Positions 9,462 through 19,469 of a stretch of 64,000 bases of DNA are shown here, in pieces. How positions within the stretch are numbered: the stretch's first letter is position 1; every line of letters starts with the position of its first letter. The stretch is from Eubacteriales bacterium (lineage in GTDB: Bacteria; Bacillota; Clostridia; Oscillospirales; CAG-272). A program made the position numbers and the translations under genes. The stretch is taken from contig JAZNGE010000040.1 of assembly GCA_045576315.1 (NCBI GenBank), forward strand, positions 59,580 through 123,579, given 5' to 3'. The notes beneath the pieces were generated by a model. It saw nothing but the letters and a program-made list of their open reading frames with translations. It did no database searches and had not been told where the DNA came from.

Positions 9462-10403
9462 ATGGATATCCAGTTCTCGCATACGTCGGTGCTACTGTAT
9501 GAATGTATTGAAGCGTTGAATATACGAGATGGGTATACGTACATAGACTGCACTGCCGGTGGCGGCGGTCATTCCCTGGAGATCGCAAAGCGAATGGGAA
9601 AAAATTCGCGCCTTATATGCTTTGACAGAGATAAAAACGCAATAGCCGCAGCAACCAAGCGCCTTGAAGGCTATCTTGACAGAGTAACTTTTGTAAACGA
9701 CAATTTCTTAAGTCTTGGCGACGTGATAAGAGATATGAAGATCGACAATCTTGGCGGTGTTTTGGCTGACCTTGGTTGCTCGTCACATCAGTTTGACACC
9801 GCGGAGCGCGGTTTCAGCTACATGCAGGATGCAAGACTTGATATGAGAATGGACACCGATTCCCCACTTTCAGCATACGAAGTGGTGAATGAGTATTCAG
9901 AGGATGCACTCAGACGCATACTTTTTGAGTACGGTGAGGAGAAATTCTCCACAAGAATTGCATCAGCAATATGCAAAAGACGTCAGGACAAGCCTATCAC
10001 TACTACGGTAGAGCTTTCAGACATAATTAAATCGGCGATCCCGGCAGCGAAGAGGATCGACGGTCCCCACCCCGCAAAAAGAAGCTTTCAGGCGATCAGA
10101 ATTGAGGTCAACGGAGAGCTTGACGCTATAAAGCCCTTGATAAACGCAGCAGCTAACGGACTCGTACCGGGCGGCAGACTTGCTATCATCTCGTTCCACT
10201 CACTCGAAGACAGACTTGTTAAGCTTGGCTTCAGAGATCTGGCAAACGGTTGTACCTGCCCTCGCGACTTCCCTGTCTGTGTATGTGGCAAAAAAGCACT
10301 TATAAAAGAAATTTCAAAAAAACCGATACTTCCCTCCGAATTGGAGCTTGAAGAAAACCCGCGCTCAAGAAGCGCAAAACTCAGAGTCGCGGAAAAAATA
10401 TAA
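9462..10403 (+). CDS. rsmH: 16S rRNA (cytosine1402-N4)-methyltransferase RsmH
   Basis: 313 aa. HTSVLLYE, DCTAGGGGHS, ISFHSLEDR. Confidence 0.96.
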   Translation: MDIQFSHTSVLLYECIEALNIRDGYTYIDCTAGGGGHSLEIAKRMGKNSRLICFDRDKNAIAAATKRLEGYLDRVTFVNDNFLSLGDVIRDMKIDNLGGVLADLGCSSHQFDTAERGFSYMQDARLDMRMDTDSPLSAYEVVNEYSEDALRRILFEYGEEKFSTRIASAICKRRQDKPITTTVELSDIIKSAIPAAKRIDGPHPAKRSFQAIRIEVNGELDAIKPLINAAANGLVPGGRLAIISFHSLEDRLVKLGFRDLANGCTCPRDFPVCVCGKKALIKEISKKPILPSELELEENPRSRSAKLRVAEKI

Positions 10404-10416
10404 AGGAGAAAGAAAA

Positions 10417-10848
10417 ATGACATCTACAAGCGCTTACGAATCACTTTACAACAATATGAAGAAACACTTCACCGTCATCAGCGATAATAACGAATACACG
10501 CTTGGCGAATATATGTCAATGAAGGCAGATGCAAAGAAAGAAGCTGTATCCAACCTCCCCGCTGTAAGAAGCTCGGTCGTTGATACCCCTTCCGTAGCTG
10601 CTATTTTCTCCTACGTCAATGAGAAGCTCACCGTTAAGAAGGCTCCCGTGAAGGACAGAACCATGCGCGCTTTCCCCTTCCGCACTTCTATGGCGGCAGC
10701 ACTTTCGGCAGTTGTTGCGTGCGCGCTGATATTCTCATACGGTATTTTCACCATTAACGGTGCGGGTAACGTTCCCAACACCGTTGACGCAGGAGAGGAA
10801 ACTTCTGAGTCGGAAACCTACGACGTAACCGAGATTGAAAAGAACTGA
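10417..10848 (+). CDS. membrane protein in the FtsL position of the dcw cluster (atypical)
   Basis: ATG at 10417 with AAAGGAGAAAG upstream; the track start at 10348 overlaps rsmH. Single TM segment AAALSAVVACALIFSYGIF near residue 100 and a short acidic tail. Synteny between rsmH and the PBP. Confidence 0.6.
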   Translation: MTSTSAYESLYNNMKKHFTVISDNNEYTLGEYMSMKADAKKEAVSNLPAVRSSVVDTPSVAAIFSYVNEKLTVKKAPVKDRTMRAFPFRTSMAAALSAVVACALIFSYGIFTINGAGNVPNTVDAGEETSESETYDVTEIEKN

Positions 10849-10936
10849 TCAGTAATATTTTGAATATATTACAAATACAATATAGCGATGGCTCGTATGA
10901 GTCGTCGCTATATTTTTTTATTTTGGCGAGGATACA

Positions 10937-13180
10937 ATGAAAACGAACGATATAAAAGGCAGAGGAACGATCGTAAAGACAGGAAAAAGAGTGCGAGCGG
11001 TTCTTGTTACCTTTTTTCTCTTCCTTGTATTTCTGATATCAAATCTGATAAAGCTGCAGGTTGGTCTCAACGCCTATTACACCGAGAAGGTGTATGATCA
11101 AATCACGACTACCTCTGCCCTGCGCGCCGAGCGAGGCGCTATATACGACACCAACATGAACGTGCTTGCCGCCACCAATACGGTTTGGCGCATCTTTATA
11201 TCTACAAGAGATATTAAAAAAGCTACGCGCGAAGGCGGCAAGGATTACGCACGGATCGTAGCCACGGGACTTGCGGACATTCTCGATCTTGATCCCGCGG
11301 CGTTGCTCAAAAAGATAGAGGGATCAAACGTTCTTGACGTCACCGTAAAAAAATCAGCCACCAAAGAGGAATTTGAAAAGGTGCTGAAATTCACAATAGA
11401 AAACTCGCTTGAAAATCTGATTTTTACCGAGGCGCAAAGCTCGAGATTTTATCCAGGGGGAACTCTTGCCTCTCACCTGCTCGGTTTTACAGGCAGCGAC
11501 GGTCAAGGGCTTTACGGACTTGAATACTATTACAACACATATCTTGCCGGCACTGACGGCAGCTATGAATACGCAAAGGACGCAAACGGCAACGCGCTAT
11601 CGACGGAATATTCAAGCTACACTCCGGCAAAGGACGGATGCAGTCTGGTAACAACGATAGACAGTTACGTGCAATCCACACTCGAAAGTCAGCTCGCCCA
11701 AGTGGTACAAAACCACAATGTTACCAATCGCGCGACCGGTATAGTTATGGACGTAAACACGGGAGCAATACTTGCGATGGCCACCTCATCACCGTTCGAT
11801 GCAAACACCCCTTACGTGCTTGACGAGCTATCATCAGCAAAGCTTACAGCGTGCGGATATGACGAGGATAGTGAGGAGTATAAAGCTTATAAAAAAGAAC
11901 TGCTTGAAATTATGTGGTCAAATAAAGCAATTAGCGAAATTTATGAGCCGGGATCTACCTTTAAAATAGTTACGGTATCAAGCGCTCTTGAAGTTGGTGC
12001 GGTCAATGTAAATGATACATTCAGCTGTCACGGATACCACACTGTTGGAGGTTGGAAAATCAAGTGTCACAAGGTGCGCGGACACGGCTCCGGATTCTCT
12101 CTTGCGTACGGGCTGCAAATGTCTTGCAACCCCACGATGATGCAGATCGCCGAGCGAGTTGGAGCAGCTGATTTTTATTCATACGTTAATACATTCGGCT
12201 ATCTTGAAAAAACCGGTATCGATCTGCCCAGCGAGGCAAGCTCGATATTTCACGATGAGTCGGCTATCGGCCCTACCGAGCTTGCAACCATATCCTTCGG
12301 TCAACGATTTAAGGTGAGCGTTATAAACCACCTCACCGCTATATGCGCGGTAGCAAACGGCGGCGAGCTTGTGACACCGTACGTTGTAAAAAGCATCGTA
12401 AACAAAGACGGAGAAGTGATTTTCGAGCGCGATACCGAAACGAAGCGCCGAGTAATTTCGGAAGAGGTGGCAGCGACCGTCAGCAAGATGCTTGCAGACG
12501 GAGTAAGCGGCGACGGCGGTGCAAAAAACGCACGCGTTGACGGCTACGTTATAGCAGCCAAAACAGGTACTTCGGAAAAGTTCGACATACTTGACGAAAA
12601 CGGTCATTCCTATCTCCGTATAGCATCTACGGTCGCGTACAATATAAGCGAGGACGGCGGCATAGCGACTATCATAGTAGTAGACGAGCCGCAAAGCAGC
12701 GTAAAATACGGAAGCGTAGTTGCCGCACCGTACGTATCCGCCCTGCTTTCTCAAATACTGCCCTATCTTGGATATGAATCAGATAAGGCAAGCGAAGAGA
12801 TATCCGTCCCTAATCTTGTCGGTCGTACGGTGGAATCCGCAACGGATGAGCTTAAAAAGCTCGGCATCAATTACCAAATAATCGGCGACGGGGATCTTGT
12901 AATTGATCAGTCCCCAACACATCACGATACTATATCAAGCTCCCTATCCACAGTGATGCTTTACACTACGAAAGAAGAGCTAACGGTTACCGTGCCCTCG
13001 CTTGTCGGCATGGAGATATCCGAAGCGGTTGCTAAATGCGCCTCGCTTGGTCTAAACGTAAGGCTCGGCGGCAGTATGGACGGCGGAAACGTGGTAGCGC
13101 AGTCACTACCGGTAGGTGCTGTGGTTGAGCGCGGATGTATTATAGAGCTAACTGTACTTGTAACAGATTTCGAGGATTAA
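10937..13180 (+). CDS. class B penicillin-binding protein (FtsI/SpoVD/PBP2B type) with two C-terminal PASTA domains
   Basis: 747 aa. N-terminal TM segment, transpeptidase motifs STFK, SCN and KTGT. Two PASTA-like repeats (VPNLVGRTVESATDELKKLG..., VPSLVGMEISEAVAKCASLG...). Confidence 0.93.
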   Translation: MKTNDIKGRGTIVKTGKRVRAVLVTFFLFLVFLISNLIKLQVGLNAYYTEKVYDQITTTSALRAERGAIYDTNMNVLAATNTVWRIFISTRDIKKATREGGKDYARIVATGLADILDLDPAALLKKIEGSNVLDVTVKKSATKEEFEKVLKFTIENSLENLIFTEAQSSRFYPGGTLASHLLGFTGSDGQGLYGLEYYYNTYLAGTDGSYEYAKDANGNALSTEYSSYTPAKDGCSLVTTIDSYVQSTLESQLAQVVQNHNVTNRATGIVMDVNTGAILAMATSSPFDANTPYVLDELSSAKLTACGYDEDSEEYKAYKKELLEIMWSNKAISEIYEPGSTFKIVTVSSALEVGAVNVNDTFSCHGYHTVGGWKIKCHKVRGHGSGFSLAYGLQMSCNPTMMQIAERVGAADFYSYVNTFGYLEKTGIDLPSEASSIFHDESAIGPTELATISFGQRFKVSVINHLTAICAVANGGELVTPYVVKSIVNKDGEVIFERDTETKRRVISEEVAATVSKMLADGVSGDGGAKNARVDGYVIAAKTGTSEKFDILDENGHSYLRIASTVAYNISEDGGIATIIVVDEPQSSVKYGSVVAAPYVSALLSQILPYLGYESDKASEEISVPNLVGRTVESATDELKKLGINYQIIGDGDLVIDQSPTHHDTISSSLSTVMLYTTKEELTVTVPSLVGMEISEAVAKCASLGLNVRLGGSMDGGNVVAQSLPVGAVVERGCIIELTVLVTDFED

Positions 13181-13193
13181 TGAGGTCATACAA

Positions 13194-14675
13194 ATGTATA
13201 TAGAAGATATTTTGAGCGGTATCGACTATGAGTGCGATGCCGATATAAGCGGAATAGATGTAGACAATATTACCTCTGACAAAAACAAGATCGGCAAAAA
13301 CACGCTTTTTGTGCTTGTGAAAGGTATAAATTTTGATACAGATACAATAATAGACTATATAATAGCGCGCAGTCCGCGCGCTATTATATGCGACACAGAC
13401 AGAGCTATAAGCTGTGAAATACCGACAATTCGGGTCAGCGATGCGCGACGCGCTCTGTCTTTTGCGTGCTCAAGCTTTTTCAAGGTCGACTACCGCGCCG
13501 TGCGCTTTATAGGTGTCAGCGGTACTAACGGCAAGACAACAACGGCAACCATGATTTACGAAATAATGAAGCACGCGGGATACAAAGCCGGTTTTATCGG
13601 TACGGGTAGGATAGATATCATGGGCAAAGCGATAGCCGATAAGGTCTATTCGATGACAACTCCCGATCCGGAGCTTTTATACAAGAGCATATCCGAGATG
13701 CAAGGCGCAGGATGCGAGGTCATAGTCATGGAAGTGTCAAGCCATGCACTAGCGCTCGGAAAGGTAGCTCCAATTCCCTTTTCTCATTCGGTATTTACAA
13801 ACCTCTCGCCCGAGCATCTTGATTTTCACGGCGATATGGAAAACTATTACAAAACCAAACTAACACTCTTCCGTCAATCAGACGTTGGAATATTCAATGC
13901 GGACGACGAATACTCCGCGCGTGCTATGAAAGAGTGCGAAGGAACGTGCAAGACTACGTCGGTAGGAATTCTTTGGGATGCCGATGCTATGGCAAGAGAT
14001 CTAATAATGTACGACCTTGCGGGAAGCAGCTATATCTACCGCGAGGCAGGACTGATATTCAAGGTGAAGCTCACACCGCCTGGCTATTACAACATATACA
14101 ATTCACTTTTGGCACTAAGGTGCGCAATATCATTCGGGATAAAGCCTTATATAGCCAAGGAAGCTATAAACGCAATGGAAGGCATTGACGGGCGGCTCGA
14201 GGTGATCCACGGTGACGTTACCGTTATAATAGATTACGCGCACACCGAAAAAGCATTTGAAAACGTATTAAAAACCGTAAATTCAGCAAAAAGGGCGCGG
14301 CAGAAGATAATAACGGTATTTGGCTGCGGCGGAGATCGCGATAAAAGCAAGCGGCCGAAAATGGCGGCGATAGCCGAAAAAATGTCAGATCTGGTTATAG
14401 TGACCCAGGACAATCCTCGCACCGAAAATGAAAGTGAGATCATTGCTGATATACTCGAAGGCTTTACCTATGCCGAAAAGCGAAGAGTGATAACCTCGCG
14501 AAAAAACGCCATAGCAAACGCCATTTTAACGGCAGAGGACGGAGATATAGTCCTTGTGCTAGGAAAGGGACACGAGCGTTATAATATCGGCAAAAACGGA
14601 TACCACGAATACGACGAGAGACTCGTCGTTAAGGAAGCATTAGCAAGACGTAGGACGGCAAGAGTGACAAAATGA
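13194..14675 (+). CDS. murE: UDP-N-acetylmuramoyl-L-alanyl-D-glutamate--2,6-diaminopimelate ligase MurE
   Basis: 493 aa. GVSGTNGKTTT P-loop. The DNPR motif (VTQDNPRTE) suggests meso-DAP specificity. Confidence 0.94.
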   Translation: MYIEDILSGIDYECDADISGIDVDNITSDKNKIGKNTLFVLVKGINFDTDTIIDYIIARSPRAIICDTDRAISCEIPTIRVSDARRALSFACSSFFKVDYRAVRFIGVSGTNGKTTTATMIYEIMKHAGYKAGFIGTGRIDIMGKAIADKVYSMTTPDPELLYKSISEMQGAGCEVIVMEVSSHALALGKVAPIPFSHSVFTNLSPEHLDFHGDMENYYKTKLTLFRQSDVGIFNADDEYSARAMKECEGTCKTTSVGILWDADAMARDLIMYDLAGSSYIYREAGLIFKVKLTPPGYYNIYNSLLALRCAISFGIKPYIAKEAINAMEGIDGRLEVIHGDVTVIIDYAHTEKAFENVLKTVNSAKRARQKIITVFGCGGDRDKSKRPKMAAIAEKMSDLVIVTQDNPRTENESEIIADILEGFTYAEKRRVITSRKNAIANAILTAEDGDIVLVLGKGHERYNIGKNGYHEYDERLVVKEALARRRTARVTK

Positions 14676-16018
14676 GAATAGATCTTGCTATCCCCCTCAC
14701 CCTATCCGAAATTGCAGAGAAATGCGCAGATACGCTTGTTTTAAATGATGCGCTCGTCCACACCGTATGCACCGACTCGCGTGAGGTGTCGCCCGGCGAG
14801 CTCTTCATAGCATTATCGGGTAAAACGCATAACGGAAACGACTTTTGTGAAGAGGTATCGAAAAAGGGCGGTTACGTGCTTGGCGCACAGACGGGTGATA
14901 TCGTCGTTTCGGATACCGCAGCTACCCTGCTGAAATTGGTATCGCTCTACAAAAGCAAGCTGCCTTCCCTTTTATACACGGTAGCGATCACAGGCAGCGT
15001 TGGAAAAACTACTGCAAAGGAGCTTACCGCAAGACTACTTTCTCCAAGTTACAAGGTACACTCAACCTACGGAAATTTTAATAACGAGATAGGACTGTTA
15101 CATACCGTGCTATCCTCAAAGGCCGACACCGAGGTGTTAGTGGTTGAGATGGGAATGAATCACGAGGGCGAAATATCACGTCTTTCACGCGCAGTAATGC
15201 CCGATATTGCTATGATAACGAACATCGGCACGGCACATATCGGTAATCTCGGAAGCCGTGAACGAATCGCGTCTGCAAAGCTTGAGATATGCGACGGAAT
15301 GACAAACGGATATCTACTGATACCCGACGGCGAACCGCTATTAAGCTCTGCCGAGCGTGCATGCAAGGTCGCAATCGACTGCCGCGGTGATCATTCCCTT
15401 TTTATTGAAAAAGAAAGAGATGACACGACCGCATTTACTTACATTGGCAAAAAGCTGATTTTAAAAAACGCGAGCGTACGTTTGCGCGGTCAGCATATGA
15501 TGAAAGGGCTGGCATTTTCCCTTTCCGTTGCCGATATACTCGGAATAGAGGCAGAGAGGCTGACGGATGCTTTGAGCTTGCTTGACGGCAGCTCTTTCAG
15601 ACAAAGATGCTTTAAAACAGGCAGATACGCGATATATGACGATACTTACAGCTCATCACCCGAAGCGGCGATCGCTGTGATAAAAGCGCAGACAGAACGA
15701 AATGACGGCAAGGTCAGCGCGGTGCTTGGCGACATGCTTGAGCTTGGAAGTGAAAGCGAAGAGCTGCACAAAACGGTCGGCAAGGCTGCCGCCGCCTACA
15801 AAATACGAAGACTGTATACATTCGGCAAATTTGCAGAAGCGATAGCACAAGGCGCGATGAGCGGCGGTATGCCCAAGGATTGTATTTTTACAAACCCCGG
15901 TACAGATCTTGCGATAACCGCCGAGCAAATACAAAGCTCATATGACGGCGAGCTTTTGATAGTAAAGGCATCGCATGCCGTGCACGCCGAGCGAATATAT
16001 GATTATTTAAAGGACTGA
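14672..16018 (+). CDS. murF: UDP-N-acetylmuramoyl-tripeptide--D-alanyl-D-alanine ligase MurF
   Basis: 448 aa. ITGSVGKTT P-loop. 4-nt overlap with murE. Confidence 0.93.
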   Translation: MRIDLAIPLTLSEIAEKCADTLVLNDALVHTVCTDSREVSPGELFIALSGKTHNGNDFCEEVSKKGGYVLGAQTGDIVVSDTAATLLKLVSLYKSKLPSLLYTVAITGSVGKTTAKELTARLLSPSYKVHSTYGNFNNEIGLLHTVLSSKADTEVLVVEMGMNHEGEISRLSRAVMPDIAMITNIGTAHIGNLGSRERIASAKLEICDGMTNGYLLIPDGEPLLSSAERACKVAIDCRGDHSLFIEKERDDTTAFTYIGKKLILKNASVRLRGQHMMKGLAFSLSVADILGIEAERLTDALSLLDGSSFRQRCFKTGRYAIYDDTYSSSPEAAIAVIKAQTERNDGKVSAVLGDMLELGSESEELHKTVGKAAAAYKIRRLYTFGKFAEAIAQGAMSGGMPKDCIFTNPGTDLAITAEQIQSSYDGELLIVKASHAVHAERIYDYLKD

Positions 16019-16022
16019 TAAT

Positions 16023-17009
16023 ATGCTAGATACCTATTTTCCACTATATATAACCGTGTTTTTGATAGCTGTATGCGTCACGTTTGCGATCGAAAGACGG
16101 CTTATACCGGTTTTATCAAGAAAAGCGCAGCAGCCGATATACGAGGGCGGCCCCAAATGGCACGTTAAGAAAAGCGGAACGCCAACTATGGGTGGTGTGG
16201 CGTTTCTGATTTCGGTTTCTATATCCCTTATCGCCTGCGCGGCGGTACTGATGCTTAACGGTAGTGTGGAAAGCGTTTTGTCAATAGTTATCTGTCAGAT
16301 ATACGCGGCGCTGAATGCCTGTGTCGGCATAGTTGACGATATGAAAAAACTGCACAGGAAGCAAAACCAAGGTCTTACACCTATCGGCAAGCTTGGATTG
16401 CAATTCGTGCTTGCGGTGCTGTTTCTAATATCACGCAGACTTATAATGGGTGACGGTACAAGTATATCATTCGCCTTTGGAGAGGTTGAACTTGGATTTT
16501 TTTATTATCCCATCGCGATAGTCATACTGCTCGGCATAATCAACTGCGCAAATCTGACCGACGGTATAGACGGACTCGCATCCTCGGTCGCGTTTTCGAT
16601 AGGTGTTTCTCTTCTCTATATTTCTGCGGCGTTAAACACCGAGGCAAGCGCGATCGCATCGGCGATAATAGGTGCGGCAGTCGGCTTTCTTATATTCAAT
16701 CTTCACCCGGCAAAAATCTTTATGGGAGATACCGGCTCGCTGTATTTCGGCGCGCTTATCGCGTGCTGCGGCTTCATGCTTGGCAATCCGATACTGATAA
16801 TATTTATAGCCGGAGTGTACGTGCTTGAGGGCTGCTCGGTGATCTTGCAGGTGTTTTGGTACAAGACCTTTCACCGCCGTATTTTCCGAATGGCACCCTT
16901 TCACCACCACCTTGAACAGTGCGGATTCAGCGAAAACCGCATCTGTATAATCGCCATGATACTCACATTTCTTTTTTCTGTTCCGGCGTATATTTTCTAT
17001 CTGCCATGA
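16023..17009 (+). CDS. mraY: phospho-N-acetylmuramoyl-pentapeptide-transferase MraY
   Basis: 328 aa polytopic membrane protein. TPTMGG, NLTDGIDGLA, FMGDTGS, APFHHH motifs. Confidence 0.96.
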   Translation: MLDTYFPLYITVFLIAVCVTFAIERRLIPVLSRKAQQPIYEGGPKWHVKKSGTPTMGGVAFLISVSISLIACAAVLMLNGSVESVLSIVICQIYAALNACVGIVDDMKKLHRKQNQGLTPIGKLGLQFVLAVLFLISRRLIMGDGTSISFAFGEVELGFFYYPIAIVILLGIINCANLTDGIDGLASSVAFSIGVSLLYISAALNTEASAIASAIIGAAVGFLIFNLHPAKIFMGDTGSLYFGALIACCGFMLGNPILIIFIAGVYVLEGCSVILQVFWYKTFHRRIFRMAPFHHHLEQCGFSENRICIIAMILTFLFSVPAYIFYLP

Positions 17010-18151
17010 AGCATAATAATATAACCAAATATTTCAAATCAAAGCAGCCCTTCCCTGATGTGTCACTGCTTATAATCATAATTCTGCTCGCTTTTTTCGG
17101 CACGATTATAATATTTAGTGCAGGTTCTGCCTATTCTTATGCGCGTTATAGCGATGAATTCTATTTTATAAAAAGACAGTTGGTATGGCTATTGATCGGC
17201 AGTGTGGTTATGTACCTCGCATCGAGAATCAAGCCCGTGTTTTATAAGAGAATGACACCGTTTCTTTACGGCATAACGCTGATCCTTCTGCTTCTTGTAC
17301 TGATCGTCGGCTTCGTCGGCAACGGTGCAAAGCGTTGGATATCCATCGGTCCTATCACTATACAACCCTCGGAGATTGCAAAGCTGTCACTTATAATGAT
17401 GCTGTCATATTATTTTTCAACCTTTGAGTCAAAAGCTCTGATGGGCAAAAAAGGCGATACATTTAAATACGGCACTCTCTTGCCTATATTTATAATGCTC
17501 CTGCCGATAGTTCTTGTAATGCTTCAAAAGCACCTATCGTGTATAATCATTCTCGCTTGCATAGGTCTATGCATGATAGTGGCGTCGGGGGCTGATCTTA
17601 AATACATAGCCGGCTTCGGTGCTGCGGGTGTTGTTGGGATCACCTGCCTTGCCCTCTTTACCGACTACACCAAAGAGCGCATAATGGTATGGCGCGACCC
17701 CGAGGCGTATAAGCTTACGGGCGGCTGGCAGACCCTGCAAGGTCTTATGGCTATCGGATCAGGGGGAATATTCGGCGTAGGATTCGGACGAAGCGTAATG
17801 AAGCATTGTTACGTGTCAGAGCCGGCAAACGATATGATATTTGCCATACTGTGCGAGGAATTAGGGCTTATAGGCGCGCTGTGTGCACTCGGAATGTTCC
17901 TGTTTCTCGTTGTGCGCGGCTGCACGGTCGCGCTGCGTGCCGAGGACGTTTATTCTCGGCTTGTTGCTTTCGGCATAAGTGCAAAGATGGCTATACAGGT
18001 ATTACTTAACGTGGCGGTAGTAACAAACAGTATTCCCAACACAGGAATCTCCTTGCCGTTTTTCAGCTATGGCGGATCGTCGCTTATAATGCTGTTTTTC
18101 GAAATGGGTATCCTTCTATCGATTTCCCGATACTCAAAAATCACGAAATAA
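17006..18151 (+). CDS. ftsW: FtsW/RodA/SpoVE family peptidoglycan glycosyltransferase
   Basis: SEDS-family membrane protein (QPSEIAKL, LPFFSYGGSS). Start placed at ATG 17006 (MKHNNITKYF), an ATGA overlap with the mraY stop. The track start at 16919 lies inside mraY. Confidence 0.9.
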   Translation: MKHNNITKYFKSKQPFPDVSLLIIIILLAFFGTIIIFSAGSAYSYARYSDEFYFIKRQLVWLLIGSVVMYLASRIKPVFYKRMTPFLYGITLILLLLVLIVGFVGNGAKRWISIGPITIQPSEIAKLSLIMMLSYYFSTFESKALMGKKGDTFKYGTLLPIFIMLLPIVLVMLQKHLSCIIILACIGLCMIVASGADLKYIAGFGAAGVVGITCLALFTDYTKERIMVWRDPEAYKLTGGWQTLQGLMAIGSGGIFGVGFGRSVMKHCYVSEPANDMIFAILCEELGLIGALCALGMFLFLVVRGCTVALRAEDVYSRLVAFGISAKMAIQVLLNVAVVTNSIPNTGISLPFFSYGGSSLIMLFFEMGILLSISRYSKITK

Positions 18152-18165
18152 AGAGAGGTCAACGT

Positions 18166-19272
18166 ATGAGAGCGATCATTGCAGGCGGTGGAACTACCGG
18201 ACACATAACTCCCGGGATAGCCATAGCGGAAACCATACTGAGTCACGAAAAAGACTCCGATATACTTTTTATCGGTCGCGATGGCGGAGATGAGAACGGG
18301 ATAATCAAGCAACGCGGCTTCCAGCTTAAAACTTTGAAGATGTCCGGCTTTTCAAGAAAGCTCACTATAAAAAACATAGCGAACGCCTTTCACGCAACAG
18401 CGGCACTTGCCACAGCGGGAAAGATCATCAGAGATTTTGCGCCCGACGTAGTCATCGGTACGGGTGGATACGTTTGCTGGCCGGTGCTGAAAGCGGCACA
18501 AATAGCAAAGATCCCCACTATACTGCACGAATCAAACGTCGTGCCCGGACTCGCAACCCGTATGCTTGCGCCAAAGTGCACGCGCGTATTGTTAAACTTT
18601 CCGGGCAGCGAAAAGGAGCTAAAACGCGCCGACAACGCCGTGATAGTCGGAAATCCCATTCTCTCGGGATTACTGCGCGAGACACGCGAGGGCGCGCGAC
18701 GGCGACTTGGGATTTCAAATTCAGAATTTATGATACTTTCATTTGGTGGAAGCGGCGGTGCGGAAATACTCAACAAGCACGCGGTAGCGCTTATGCAGAA
18801 TTACTGCACCCGCGTGGGACGTATACGACACCTGCACGCAACGGGCAGAAAATATTACGTAGCGATCAAAAGCGCGTACCCCACGCTTGTAAGCGGAAGA
18901 GGGGGATGTATGATATACCCCTTTATTGAGGATATGTCGACGTATATGAGAGCGGCGGATATCGTAATATGCAGATGCGGGGCGATGACACTATCGGAGC
19001 TGGCAAGTGCCGGTGCGGTGCCGATACTCATACCGTCACCCAACGTGACCGACAACCACCAATACAAAAACGGCAAGCTGTTTGTTGACCGCGGTGCAGC
19101 ACTGATGATCGAGGAAAGCGAGCTTAACGACCGCACGCTGATAGATGCCGTCAGATACCTTGAAAACAATCCGCATTTGAGAGCGAAAATGCAATCAAGG
19201 CTTCGTGAATTCTCAACCGAAAACAGTAGAGAGCTCATATACGACAATTTGCGCGAAATTTTGGCGAAATAA
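18166..19272 (+). CDS. murG: undecaprenyldiphospho-muramoylpentapeptide beta-N-acetylglucosaminyltransferase MurG
   Basis: 368 aa. GGGTTGHITPGIAIAE N-terminus and RCGAMTLSELA. Confidence 0.95.
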   Translation: MRAIIAGGGTTGHITPGIAIAETILSHEKDSDILFIGRDGGDENGIIKQRGFQLKTLKMSGFSRKLTIKNIANAFHATAALATAGKIIRDFAPDVVIGTGGYVCWPVLKAAQIAKIPTILHESNVVPGLATRMLAPKCTRVLLNFPGSEKELKRADNAVIVGNPILSGLLRETREGARRRLGISNSEFMILSFGGSGGAEILNKHAVALMQNYCTRVGRIRHLHATGRKYYVAIKSAYPTLVSGRGGCMIYPFIEDMSTYMRAADIVICRCGAMTLSELASAGAVPILIPSPNVTDNHQYKNGKLFVDRGAALMIEESELNDRTLIDAVRYLENNPHLRAKMQSRLREFSTENSRELIYDNLREILAK

Positions 19273-19280
19273 ATAATTCT

Positions 19281-19319
19281 GCCCCGTTTTATGTCAAATT
19301 ATAAACGGGGCGATTTTTT
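19281..19319 (+). terminator. rho-independent terminator after murG
   Basis: GCCCCGTTT...AAACGGGGC stem followed by GATTTTTTC. Confidence 0.65.
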
Positions 19320-19385
19320 CTGCTTTATAATATATTCGGTATTATTAAAAATATGTGAACATTGTAAGTTTGGCTCAAAAAGTGC

Positions 19386-19414
19386 TTGCATTCCACGGAA
19401 ATAAAATATATAAT
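19386..19414 (+). promoter_or_regulatory. candidate sigma-A promoter for ftsZ
   Basis: TTGCAT (19386-19391), 17-nt spacer, TATAAT (19409-19414), 55 nt upstream of the ftsZ ATG. Confidence 0.5.
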
Positions 19415-19469
19415 ATATATAAGAGATATTATATTTTAAAATATTTTGCTTAAAGTGGAGGATATATAA